Origin: Eledone cirrhosa
Lineage: Eukaryota
Reading direction: 5' to 3'
Length of the DNA stretch: 64,000 nucleotides
NCBI GenBank assembly: GCA_964016885.1
Contig: OZ024743.1
Location: forward strand, 7,874,001 to 7,938,000
This document shows positions 41,705 through 53,863 of the stretch, piece after piece. Positions within the stretch are counted from its first letter, which is position 1. Every line of letters starts with the position of its first letter. The notes beneath the pieces were generated by a model that saw nothing but the letters and a program-made list of their open reading frames with translations, made no database searches and had not been told where the DNA came from. The position numbers were made by a program, and so were the translations under genes.

Positions 41705-41710
<6 letters not shown>
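41278..41710 (+). mobile_element. 392-bp palindrome with variant-core hammerheads (plus 41511-41547), related to 17777-18065
   Basis: TTT-TTGAAAA-GCATTT-ag-AAATGC-GCAA-CCGG-TA-AAA; upstream acggacactctatctcaa resembles acagaccctccatctcaa. Confidence 0.75.
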
Positions 41711-41740
<30 letters not shown>

Positions 41741-41886
41741 TTGAGTATATGTTGGTTGTATACCAACACCTCAGTATGTAGATTGGAGCACTCGATGAAT
41801 TGCGCAGGTTGGTTTGGTTACTCCGGAGTAATGTAAAATAAAATAAGATAAATAAGTCAAATGTTTAAAATTTGGCTTCGTTTATT

Positions 41887-41941
41887 ACTGCTATATATAT
41901 TTCGGTGACAGCCATCTTTGGCTGTGACCTCTTCGGGCAGT
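41887..41941 (-). ncRNA. Minimal hammerhead (U4C variant), paralogue of 15026-15081
   Basis: ACTGC-CCGAAGA-GGTCACAGCCA-aaga-TGGCTGTCACC-GAAA-TATATA-TA-GCAGT. Confidence 0.8.
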
Positions 41942-42242
41942 CCGAATTAGTGTGGTAGAGACATGTTGTTGAGGTGTATAACTTTGTCAATACTCTGATA
42001 TGCCCAGTTCCTGGTTGGGTTGTTATTTCACTGAGGAACTGGAATCATATAAATTTAAACAAACGAATTTCAGCGTCAAAGGGCCTCTTCGCCTCTCATT
42101 GGTCAGTTGTTAGAACATTCCTCAGTCAAAAATCTATAGAAATTCGTTCTGAGGCAAGCCAATCTGTAGTTGTTGTTCTTGTTATTGTTAGGTACGGTAG
42201 AGACGAGTACACATGTTGTTGACCTGTATAACTTTGTCAATA

Positions 42243-42295
<53 letters not shown>

Positions 42296-42299
<4 letters not shown>

Positions 42300-43237
42300 G
42301 TCTACATATATATATATAAAGTCATAGATATATATATGTGTTTTGCAACGGGTCACGTTGTGGCTCAATGAAGAATTAATAAATTAAATAATCAGAGCTA
42401 TATATCATAAAACATGTCTATAGAATCACTAGATAAAATATATACCGTTTCCTCTCCCAATTAGCATAATTAACCATATATAAAAAATCAATTAGACCAA
42501 GCTATAAGAATAAAGGCTCCTATGAAGAAATCTCCGACAAATAACCGAAAGCAGCCCCTTCGCGGCGGTTACGACGGAGTATGTATCGAACATTTCGATA
42601 GCATGTATAAATCAACCAGATATACAGTCAACTAAACAGAATTAGGTGTAAAATAAACTAGAAGAAATGTGTACATATTTAATTACATCTACCATGGTTT
42701 CGTCCGTATTTTAAGACATCCGATAATAGGGGATATCTAGAGCTTCGGATTCATCAGGAGTTAGCTCAAATTTAGACAATTAATTTTCTAAAGTGATCGC
42801 GCTGAGAATACATTCAAAAATGGCTAAGAATCGTGACGTGGCAGAAGTCAAGTTAGAAAGGATGTGATTAGTTGCTTACGGCTGGTAGGCTTATTGCTAG
42901 AAAGCGCAGCCCAATACAGCCAAATTTTATCTCAACCTAACGGGAGATTATTACATATAAAGGTTTACATATATATATATATATATAAAGTCATAGATAT
43001 ATATGTGTTTTGCAACGGGTCACGTTGTGGCTCAAAGAAGAATTAATAAATTAAATAGACAGAGCTATATATCATAAAACATGTCTATAGAATCACTAGA
43101 TAAAATATATACCGTTTCCTCTCCCAATTAGCATAATTAACCATATAAATATAATTAACCATTTTTTATATGGTTAATTATGCTAATTGGGAGAGGAAAC
43201 GGTATATATCTTATCTAGTGATTCTATAGACATGTTT

Positions 43238-43238
<1 letters not shown>
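42296..43238 (-). mobile_element. Element with ~185-bp direct repeats, internal hammerhead (42685-42762) and short terminal inversion
   Basis: Direct repeats 42296-42480 / 42959-43148; inverted copy 43165-43238; CTGATGA-ATCCG..CGGAC-GAAA-CCATGG-TA. Confidence 0.8.
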
Positions 43239-43332
<94 letters not shown>

Positions 43333-44223
43333 CCGAGTGTTCGGAAAAATAAATTTCTCCTCTTTCGGTAAATGAAATTACTCGGAGTGGCTTGCTCTGC
43401 GCCGCTTGTTTTGGCCGCCTAATTATATATGTACCTACAAACTCCAGGTTTGGGCACAACTATTAGTTGTATCTTGCCTCTATTGACATGTAAATAAACC
43501 CCTAATGTGTGTTTTAATAGTATTCGTGGTATAGACGATGGCCTGTCGAAATTGTGGGGTTCCCGCTAGCGATCCCGGGGTCAAAGTTAGTTACGTTCCT
43601 AGAGTACTCGGAAAAATTAATTTCTATTTCTTTCGCTGGACGATACCACTCGAGACTGGCTGACTCATGGTGGTGGGTGTGCTGGCTGGGACTCCCAATC
43701 GAAATCTTTACTCTATATCCCATTATCGAGTTTAAAAAAATGTTTTTCATATAAGACTCTCTCCATAAGTTCGTTAAATAAATAAATCTCGCTACATCTA
43801 TTTTTCAATTTACCATTTTGCAATATAATATTTTTAATTTAATTTATTTCATCCTATAACTCGCAACATAAGTTTAGCGTTCCAATCTTCGGTTCACACA
43901 TTAGACCATACAGATACCCACTATAGATTCTTTGGGTAGCATTCTTTTCGCGGCATTTTCTAACATGAATGTATTTTGACCCTTACACTACACTTCTTTC
44001 TCCCTTTCTTTCTTTCTTCCCTTTCTTCTTTGACGGAGTGGTGGTAGTACATAATAGGCCTGCGCCCCCTTACCAGATGTTCACTGGTAGTTTTTCGGTT
44101 GCCAACACTTTGAGGGCGGCTGGCTGTGTAGCTAGTTGGTCAGCCGCCTTCTCTGTCTCTGGTTTCTCGGACCTATGGTTTTTCGGACCCATGGCTTTTT
44201 TCATATTTCTTTGTTATATTCCA

Positions 44224-44278
44224 ATACCTGATATCACCGGATTCATATGGAACCCGGTCATTGAAATGATCATAGTAT
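44224..44278 (+). ncRNA. Degenerate minimal hammerhead (core G8 lost)
   Basis: ATAC-CTGATAT-cACCGG..CCGGTcatt-GAAA-TGATCA-TA-GTAT; followed by ACTC-CGTA...TGCG-TT-GAGTAC at 44336-44397. Confidence 0.7.
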
Positions 44279-44466
44279 AATAAACCTTTCAAGGATTTAC
44301 ACCAGTCCAGCCTCCTGTTACTTCATTTATAATTAACTCCGTATTCGCACCACCAACTACACAAAGGAAGATGGGTGAACTGAACTGCGTTGAGTACTCT
44401 TCACAATATTACACCAGTTCTATCCAGTGGTGAACCAACAAACCTTAAGATATATATATATATGTT

Positions 44467-44506
<40 letters not shown>

Positions 44507-44548
44507 TAGGTAAATATACACGGATATGTATGATTGTGTATAGAACAT

Positions 44549-44945
44549 TATATTAATAAGAGGAATTCCAACTTTGTCTGATTTACTCGTTTTATTTACA
44601 ATCCTTTAAAATATATATAATGGTATAATAATGAAATAGTATGATAGAATATTAAATTCTAAGTGTTAATTGAACAAGTACTTTCATGCTTTCGCAATCT
44701 TCAGGTTCATGATATGTGGTGACAGTCGAGTTTGCAATTTTCAACTGTTTTCAGCAGTTGAAAATTGAAAACTCGACTGTCACCACATATCATGAACCTG
44801 AAGATTGCGAAAGCATGAAAGTACTTGTTCAATTAACACTTAGAATTTAATATTCTATCATACTATTTCATTATTATACCATTATATATATTTTAAAGGA
44901 TTGTAAATAAAACGAGTAAATCAGACAAAGTTGGAATTCCTCTTA

Positions 44946-44953
<8 letters not shown>
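44549..44953. mobile_element. 405-bp near-perfect palindrome with two minimal hammerheads (minus 44671-44709, plus 44793-44831)
   Basis: TGAAC-CTGAAGA-tTGC-GAAA-GCAt-GAAA-GTAC-TT-GTTCA. Confidence 0.9.
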
Positions 44954-44988
<35 letters not shown>

Positions 44989-45061
44989 GTTTTAATTTTG
45001 TGTCCCTCCTCTGTTCTGTCGCACACCATCTTGTTTTGTGAGTTGTGCGCACACACACACA

Positions 45062-45221
<160 letters not shown>

Positions 45222-46026
45222 CATATGTATATATGTGCGTGTATGTGTGTGTGTATGAGTGTGTAGTGTTTGTATATACTACAGACTAAACTAAATGTTG
45301 AAAATAATCTGGTTGGCATACACTTTTCAGGATTTCATAATATTATGAACGGAAACATGTTTATCATTGATCAATCATCCTAAGCTCACTGAGTTTTAAG
45401 GGTGAGGTACATGATTAATTAATTTTTATCAACATACAACATGATCGCTATTTGGGTCTCATTCCATAGCAATTATTCGGATCACCAGTTCCCTACCAAT
45501 CCATATTATATTGAACTGAAGATATTTAGACCAGGTGACAACCACATTAATCCCACCAGATTGGGATGGCCTGCCCTATGAAGGAGAAATTGACTTTAGG
45601 AATATTGAAACTCTTATAGTAAAGAGATAGAAGAACATTTTGAAAAGCTTTTAGTACGAAGATCTATCACGTGTTCCACTTAACCTAGAGCAAATGATAA
45701 CGTCGCCAGACATTTGTAAAGGGGCGAAGTCGAATAAATCGACTTCCGTAGTTATTTTATCTACTTCTGTAAGCAAAAGCAACCCTACAACAGCATATAA
45801 ATACTGAAATTAATTCCATCGTTCTACCGATTATGTTCATCATTACACATGTTCTGATAATACATCTTTCTAGCTTTAATACAAGGCCACACGGCATGTC
45901 GAAGAGCACAGTCGATTATATCTACCACAGTACTCGAATGCAAATCAATGCCAAACCCAGGACTTGAACTCAAAAGGTGAAGGCCCGTAATGGTATATAC
46001 TGTGAGATATTTTGTGGCTAATAAAT

Positions 46027-46420
46027 ATTGTTTCTACTTTAGGCACAAGGCCATCAAGTTGAAGGGGGGGGGGGGTCGATTAAATCGACTCCAGTGCATT
46101 ATTGGTCCTTTATTTTATCGACCCTGTAAGGACGAAAGGCAAAGCTAACCTCGGTGGAATTTGAACACTTATCGTAAAGGGCTGTAACTCTATGCTGCAG
46201 AGAATGGTATCTGACGCTCTACCGATACTGCCAATTTCACACGGCAAGGAATTTTGGGGAAGGAAAAAAGAATAGCCTATAGACCTTCGTACTTGAGTTG
46301 TACGTTAGTTCATTCTGGTATGATGAAAGGCAAAGTTGATTTCAGCGGGATTTGAATTTAGATAGTAAAGAGCCTAACTAAATACCGCAAGGCATTTCAT
46401 ACAACACTTTAAAGATTCTA
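46027..46420 (-). mobile_element. Nin-domain SINEs (two copies)
   Basis: Reverse SINE consensus at 46027-46234 and a degenerate copy at 46250-46420. Confidence 0.8.
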
Positions 46421-47525
46421 CAGCAATGATAATAATGATAAAGAATACTGAATTATTGGTTTAAAAGGAATTGCTCGCACAGGGACATCAAACTAACAAC
46501 TTTTGATCTATCTCAGCGATATTCTACCACTCACTGAATAAGGCACTAAAAGTGTTACAGCATACGGTTAGGCTTTTAAATGTTATATATACATATATGT
46601 CTATATAACAAGTAATAAAATATTATATATATATATATGTGTGTGTGTATGTGTGTGTGAATGCGTGTGTATACGCTGAGATGTAACCGGTACTAACAGG
46701 GAAACATTATTATATATATATATATATAACTAGTACTAAAGTTATTTTACAACAGATGCATGCACGCATTGCACTTTGCCACCAAGGAATACGCGTGCAC
46801 CTGTGTGTTGCATTAAACACACTTAAGTTTTCTAAATATTCAATTATCTTCTGATTCACTTCAAAAACTCTCCAAACACCTGCGGATCAAACGCGGCACA
46901 TAAGTGTGCCGCAACATAGTGTTTAAAATTATTTGATCTCTCCGTATTTCGGATAATAGAAGAATTATATCAGATAATTCAGATAGGATTATTAATTCTA
47001 CAAGTACCAATGGGATATGATCATACACGGGATATAAGAGCATTCTGAGAATTAGCAAGAATACTTTAAAGAACCTTCACAAGGAGATGCCTGCTAGGGA
47101 GGACGAAACCACAATAACAACGATCCTAGTGTGTGGTAAAAAATATTCTGGATAGTTTTTCGGTATACGTTTAACGGTCATATACTTAAAGATGGAAGTA
47201 GTGGAGATATAGAAAATGTGCTAAACATATTAAATTATTGGCGCGACATGGGAATATGTACTGGAAGAAATTAGTCTCATGTATTCACTGCACTATCATT
47301 GTAATCAGGTTAAAGAAGAAAAGGAATTCGGGATAGATAATGTATAGTATGCTATTCTTTCAATGCTTCACTGCAAATAAAATGAGATTAGCCTTATGCT
47401 CCAGGGATTAAGGAAGTAGGAAATATATGCCTGTCTTTTACTATGTCAAAGTCATGTAAATTTTACTGCCAATATATATAAGTGTGCGCGTTTGTGTATG
47501 TATGTACATCGCTCTCTCTCTCTGT

Positions 47526-47576
<51 letters not shown>

Positions 47577-47939
47577 AACACAAATATATATATATCTACA
47601 CGCACACACAGACACACACATATACATACATACATACATACATACATACATTATGCATTGCACTGCGGGGCATACCCTTCATCAGCTGTTCACTGGAGAT
47701 CTCTATGATTTCGGCTCTATTGACATATCGTCCCCTCCTGTGATGCCAAGTAGCGTTGATACTACCAGGGAATATTCTTTGGTTTTAATGGTCCACTCAG
47801 TAGCATCATTTTTCAAGTTATCCATGCCGCGATCACAGGAATCGTGATGGTGTTGTAACCACTCCTATCATTCAAGCATCTCATCTGATGCTTCCTCCTT
47901 GTTAAAGGTTTTCTATACTTTCAGTGGTGGTTTGACATG

Positions 47940-48059
<120 letters not shown>

Positions 48060-48459
48060 TGTATAATTATACTATAAATAAATTTACTTCGGCTCCCGCA
48101 TATTATCTGTTTTTATTTGTTTACACGACACTTATTGTTAAAATTGTGTTACATTCATCAGAATAAGGCTTCCCTCTTTATTCTGCAGAGAGGGTGATCG
48201 TCAGCAATCAGTCCTTAGAGGCAAACTCTGTATTTGTAAATACAATCATGATCCTATTCCTATAAAAAAAAACCCCAAAACATGGAGTCATGATTGTTCG
48301 CTCTGTGAAGAGAACAACCAAATAGCGTTTCTCAGTGACAATTCCGCATACACACCTTTATAAATTGTAATTTATATGTCTTATGAATAATTTCCAAAAG
48401 GCCACTGCACTGGTAGTACTACCATAAGGCATTAATAATTAGGGATACATTCTTCAGAC

Positions 48460-48850
48460 ATGTTCGGGATGCGTGCATGGCGACGAAACCGTCATGAACA
48501 CACTCGTCCAGTGCCTGAGCATTGCTGCTGTCAACTGAGTCCATTGTAATGATCACTCCACCGGCTTCCTTTGACTGAGAAGTCCATTTAGATTATCTGT
48601 AGATTGGAGAACAACTGGGAGAAGGTACATGCCTTAGTGGTCAGATTGATCGTGAGTTTCTTCAGTTTTCCACAATTGCCTCTCGGAAACTCCTCCTCTC
48701 CTATTGGTGAATTTTCTTTTTTTTAATTTTATCGTAACCTCTTTTTCTACTTTTTATTAAACATTTTCACCTGTTTCCATAAAACCACACTGTATCGTAT
48801 TTTACCGTTTTTAATATGCGTTTTGTAAATCCCTTGTGGTTCATAAATAA
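48460..48850 (+). mobile_element. Decayed Tx1-like LINE 3' remnant
   Basis: gatgcgtg..gcgacgaaaccgt..cac.ctcgtcca.tgc resembles 16283-16330; ends cccttgtggttcataaa. Confidence 0.5.
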
Positions 48851-48885
48851 TTATCATCATCAGTATATATATATATATATATATA

Positions 48886-49810
48886 TGGAAAAGAATGAAA
48901 CGAAATTTCATTTCTCACTCTTAGTACGGCTGATACTTAAATGTAAGTATGTATGTAGACGTACATACATATATGTATACAGACGTACAGTAGTATGTAT
49001 ATATATACATACATGCACACATATGTATATATGTACGTATGGGTTTACCGAACATTTATTATAATGCTCGGTTTGTTTGTAAACAAACAAACAGCCCGAA
49101 TTACGCCGTACAGTGTTCAGGAAACCATCGCCGCCCCTTTTGTTCAACACTGACACAGGAACGATGTACTAGTTTCAAGCTTATTAGCTATCGTCAGCAT
49201 CATATACCTTCCTGCCAGATGATTGAACGTTTGTAAACAAACCGAGCATTATAATAAATATTCGGTAAACCCATACGTACATATATGTGTGCATGTATGT
49301 ATATATATATACATACTACTATACGTCTGTATACATATATGTATGTACGTATACATACATACTTACATTTAAGTAACAGCCGTACTAAGAGTGAGAAATG
49401 AAATTTCGTTTCATTCTTTTCCATTATCGTTTTCGATGCGCCCGGCCGACTAACTCGCTCGATATGCAAATTAGGCTGCTCAGCCGTTAATATGTATAAG
49501 GAAAGTATATACTTTCAGACGTTCAACCATCTGGCAGGAAGGTATACGATGCTGACGATAGCTAATAAGCTTGAAACTAGTACATCGTTCCTGTGTCAGT
49601 GTTGAACAAAAGGGGCGACGATGGTTTCCTGAACACTGTACGGCGTAATTCGGGCTGTTTGTTTGTTTACAAACAAACCGAGCATTATAATAAATGTTCG
49701 GTAAACCCATACGTACATATATATATATGTGTGCATGTATGTATATATATATACATACTACTGTACGTCTGTATACATATATGTATGTACGTATACATAC
49801 ATACTTACAC
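48886..49810. repeat. Composite direct/inverted triplication of a ~350-bp unit between (TA)n tracts
   Basis: 48886-49232 forward; 49230-49424 and 49518-49810 are inverted copies (also visible as near-identical ORF translations on both strands). Confidence 0.85.
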
Positions 49811-49843
<33 letters not shown>

Positions 49844-49932
49844 GACATACATATATATATATATATTTCGTTGACAAATATATCAATATGCCTATACATG
49901 TAGATATATTGCCCTTGGTATGACTGTGGTTT

Positions 49933-51277
49933 GAGCTCAATGTAGGATAACTAGTATACTACAGAACCGTTATAGTTATAGGAATAACCAAAGAGTGCTT
50001 AGAAATACATAGTTTTATTAGCTAACAGCGTTTCATCCATACACCATGGCAGGAATATTCAGAGCTTATAAACATGAGTATATCAGTAGTTGCATGCTCC
50101 ATCGAGCTGCGTCACCAGAATAAGGTTAAATGACCAGCAGGGGGTCCCGAGGCTAGCGCTATATGGAAAAAGGCAGAATACATGATGCACATAATGTCAT
50201 AAAATGTCTTAAAAATTTAAAAATTAAAAATTAAAAATTAAAAATTAAAAATTAAAAATTAAAAATTAAAAATTAAAAATTAAAAATTAAAAATTAAAAA
50301 TTAAAAATTAAAAATTAAAAATTAAAAATTAAAAATTAAGAATTAAAAATTAAAAATTAAAAATTAAAAGTTACACCAAAAATGTATCACTTATATGGTG
50401 CAATAGATGATAAAGAGGTTGGGAGAGGGTAGCAAGGGATGAGTGAGGGTATTACTCAGCATGATCAGAAACAATCCGAAAATACAAGAAAATAAAAAAA
50501 AAATAATAAAAAAGTACAAAAATACAGGGATAAGAAAAGAGATAAATACAAAAATACAAAACAATTAATGAACAAAAGGTCAGGAAACCCCCCCAAAAAT
50601 ATAAGACAAAGCAAAGCATGGATTCATCGAAGCACAAGCAGTGCAAAAGGGGGTGTACAGGCAGATCAAGAGAGTTTGCAAGCATGAGTCTGTGAAAAGA
50701 AATGTTGGTTAGCAGTAATGCAGCCTTACATGTATGATAGTCCACATGAGGGATGGTGTACTCCAACTATATCGCCCTGTAATAGCCCGATTCTCCTTAT
50801 CATATCCGCACCCTACGAACCACATCGATATGTTACGGCTCCGAACTCCAAGTGAGATAACACTATTTTTCCGAAACCTATAGCCAGAGGATTTATCACC
50901 ATAGGCGGTCTGGGATATACGCCTAAAATGTACAACAAAAAATAAAATAAGAGAAAGAAGATACGACGAGTTAAAGAAATGTATGGTACATATACAGCCG
51001 GCACAGTTGTGAGGAAATGGAAAACATCGGTCACTTAATCCAACGTGCCAGGTGAAATTCACTGTATGTCCAAGTTGGCGTTCAGCCGATGTATCACACC
51101 GCAGAGAACTGTACCACAGCTGTACCACTGTACCACTGCTGGTCATTTAACCTTGTTCTGGTGATAACTACTAATATACTCATGTTTATAAGCTCTGAAG
51201 ATTCCTGCCATGGTGTATGGATGAAACACTGTTAGCTAATAAAACTATGTATTTCTAAGCACTCTTTGGTTATTCCT
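49933..51277. mobile_element. Element with ~150-bp terminal inverted repeats, each holding a hammerhead (minus 50020-50066, plus 51191-51237)
   Basis: AGCT-CTGAAGA-TTCC..TGGAT-GAAA-CACTG-TT-AGCT; the left copy has core CTGAATA; arms 49980-50140 / 51136-51277. Confidence 0.85.
50212..50369. repeat. (AAAATT)n hexamer microsatellite
   Basis: About 25 tandem units. Confidence 0.95.
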
Positions 51278-51359
51278 CTAACTATATATATATATATACA
51301 TAGACATACATATATATATATACATACACACACACACGCACGCGCGCACACACACACAG

Positions 51360-51393
<34 letters not shown>

Positions 51394-51795
51394 TATCTGA
51401 ATATAGAGCAAATTGTTGTTAGGTAAGATCATTTCGTTTTCACATTCAGGAGAAATAGGTAAATATGAGATAAGCAGCACTTCTGATAAAAGTAACGAGT
51501 AAGGTAAAGCAAGGAAGGTAATGGTTTTATTATTTTAGATAATAAAGAATATAATATACAGTTACTTATTTATTTAGGAAAAAATATGATTTGCTTTACT
51601 TTGCTTTTCTTGTAACCTGTCAAATCGTAATTAATTTGAAGATAGTATTTGATGAGATGTAGGTTTGTAGATATGTCAGAAGCAAGACATATATCGCAAT
51701 ATCATTCAGAGTTGAGCCGTAACGCCGCTAATATACATGTACATACAAACAAACACACATACACACGTACACACACATACACACACAGACGCACG

Positions 51796-51938
<143 letters not shown>

Positions 51939-52080
51939 TGAGTCTGTGGTGCTGAGATCGAGAGTACTCATTGCAGGAGGAGATGCAGTGTGGGTATAGA
52001 CATGTGTAAAATCCCAACCGCGGTGCCAAGCCGAAGCCGCTTGGCACCGCAATAGGGATTTTACATACCTCTTCTCTTTT

Positions 52081-52145
<65 letters not shown>

Positions 52146-53679
52146 TAAGCAGCAAGCAAGCTGACGCTGTCCAGCGGTAAAAAATAAATAAAAGAACGTA
52201 CGCAAAATGGCGGCCCCAGGAAAAAGTCCAAGTAATCTGTCGGTACACAGAAATTGGGACGAACTACCAATTCGTTCACTCCAAACACCATGAGAGTTGT
52301 ATCTGAAGCGATACTCATTGTCGAAATTAACCGGAACATATCAGTAGGTCACAACGCACATCGTCTGCACCCAAGAAATTTGATGATTTTGCAAGAAGCG
52401 CCCCAAAATATGAGTTATAGTGCTAAATTAATCCATTGTTTTTCGATGAGTTTAAAGGGTGCAGTGAGCCTATTAACCTTCATATTTCACATATATTAAG
52501 CAGACCTGCCAACCTCTAAACACCCAAATGGGGAGTACCATGAAAAAAAAGCGCCCCAAAACGAGAGAGAAATGTGGTAAAATGGAGAGATTTTACATAA
52601 TGAAAGCTATACCCATTTTCACAAAAGAATATATCTCTCACCCACTCCAAGAAAAAAATAAAAGAGAAAGAAATCATTCTTTCACTCCTTCACCCATGAC
52701 TCTATTCTACACAAGAAAAAAATATACTCAGAGAACCACTCTTATTTGATTAAATTTCATGTGTTTGTTTAAGTGTGTAAAGGGGTGTTTGTTATGGATC
52801 ATGTTCAAACTTCCGGTATTTTATGGACCTTGCTGATTCTTTGATTATATAGCTACTTCACTAATCATGCGTATAGTCAGTTATTCATACTTACACTATA
52901 TAATATTTCTATAATTAGACAGAGATATGTACACAAAGTATATACTCATGAATGAAATTGCCAATGTCTAATGACAAGATTTAAGGTTCTTATTGTGGGA
53001 TTAATGATACCATAATGCGTACCAGGACACTACCTAGTCCTTGACAAACTATCTATATCTCTCTTCAAGGAAAATAATTTCATTAAGTCATTTATATTGA
53101 GAAGTAAATTGAATCAATAATGTCAAATATTAGTCATAGTATTTCCTATTATGTCTTGAAACATTTTTTTAAAGCGTTACGGGGGTTTATCAAAGCAAAA
53201 AAAATATTTGGGCTTTTCAAAGAACATACTATTCATGTATGTTCTATGAAACAATGTGTCTCGGCGGAAGAAGGTGATTTAGTATTGAAAGCAAACTGTA
53301 TTGCTCTACTTCACGAGAGGGCATTTAGTTCAAAATATGTTTTACCTCCAATTTAACAATGACTGCTCTTTTGGTTATTATTATCATTTTTGTTTTTCAT
53401 ATTTGTATACTAGTCTAAGCAATGAGACTGTTACGTGTATAACGTATTGTATTGAATATTTGGGTGTATAATGATAAGTACGTACGTGCACAGCATATGC
53501 CAATTCATTATATATATATATATATAGAGAGAGAGAGGGAGATAGATAGAGAGAAAGAAAGAGTGAGAGAGAAAGAGAGAGAGAGATGAAAATGTTTGAT
53601 ATAAAATAGAAACGATTGAAAAACTACGTCGTGAGAAATTTAGCATAGGTACATTTTCAAACCATTAATCTACCAAACC

Positions 53680-53863
53680 CGGTGGATTGGCAGTATCGGT
53701 AGAGGGTCGGACGCCATGCTTTCCAGCATAGTTACGTCCCTTTACGATCTGAGTTCAAATCCCGCCGAGGTTGACTTTGCCTTTCATCCTTACGGGGTCG
53801 ATAAAATAAAGTACCAGTAATGTACTGGGTAATTTCTGGCCTTGTGCCAATAGTAGAAACAAT
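53680..53863 (+). mobile_element. Full-length young Nin-domain SINE with TSD
   Basis: attaatctaccaaaccc is duplicated on both sides (about 53663-53680 and 53862-53878). Confidence 0.92.

Noticed and set aside
40825-44953. Palindromes as pure assembly or fold-back read artefacts
   Set aside because: Not fully excluded without reads, but many arms carry substitutions, breakpoints recur at ribozyme stems in independent copies, and the architecture repeats across families.
50212-50369. (AAAATT)n as an interstitial telomere
   Set aside because: Not the TTAGGG-type repeat; an ordinary microsatellite.
52500-52545. cagacctgccaacc as a hAT terminal inverted repeat
   Set aside because: No matching partner end or transposase found nearby.
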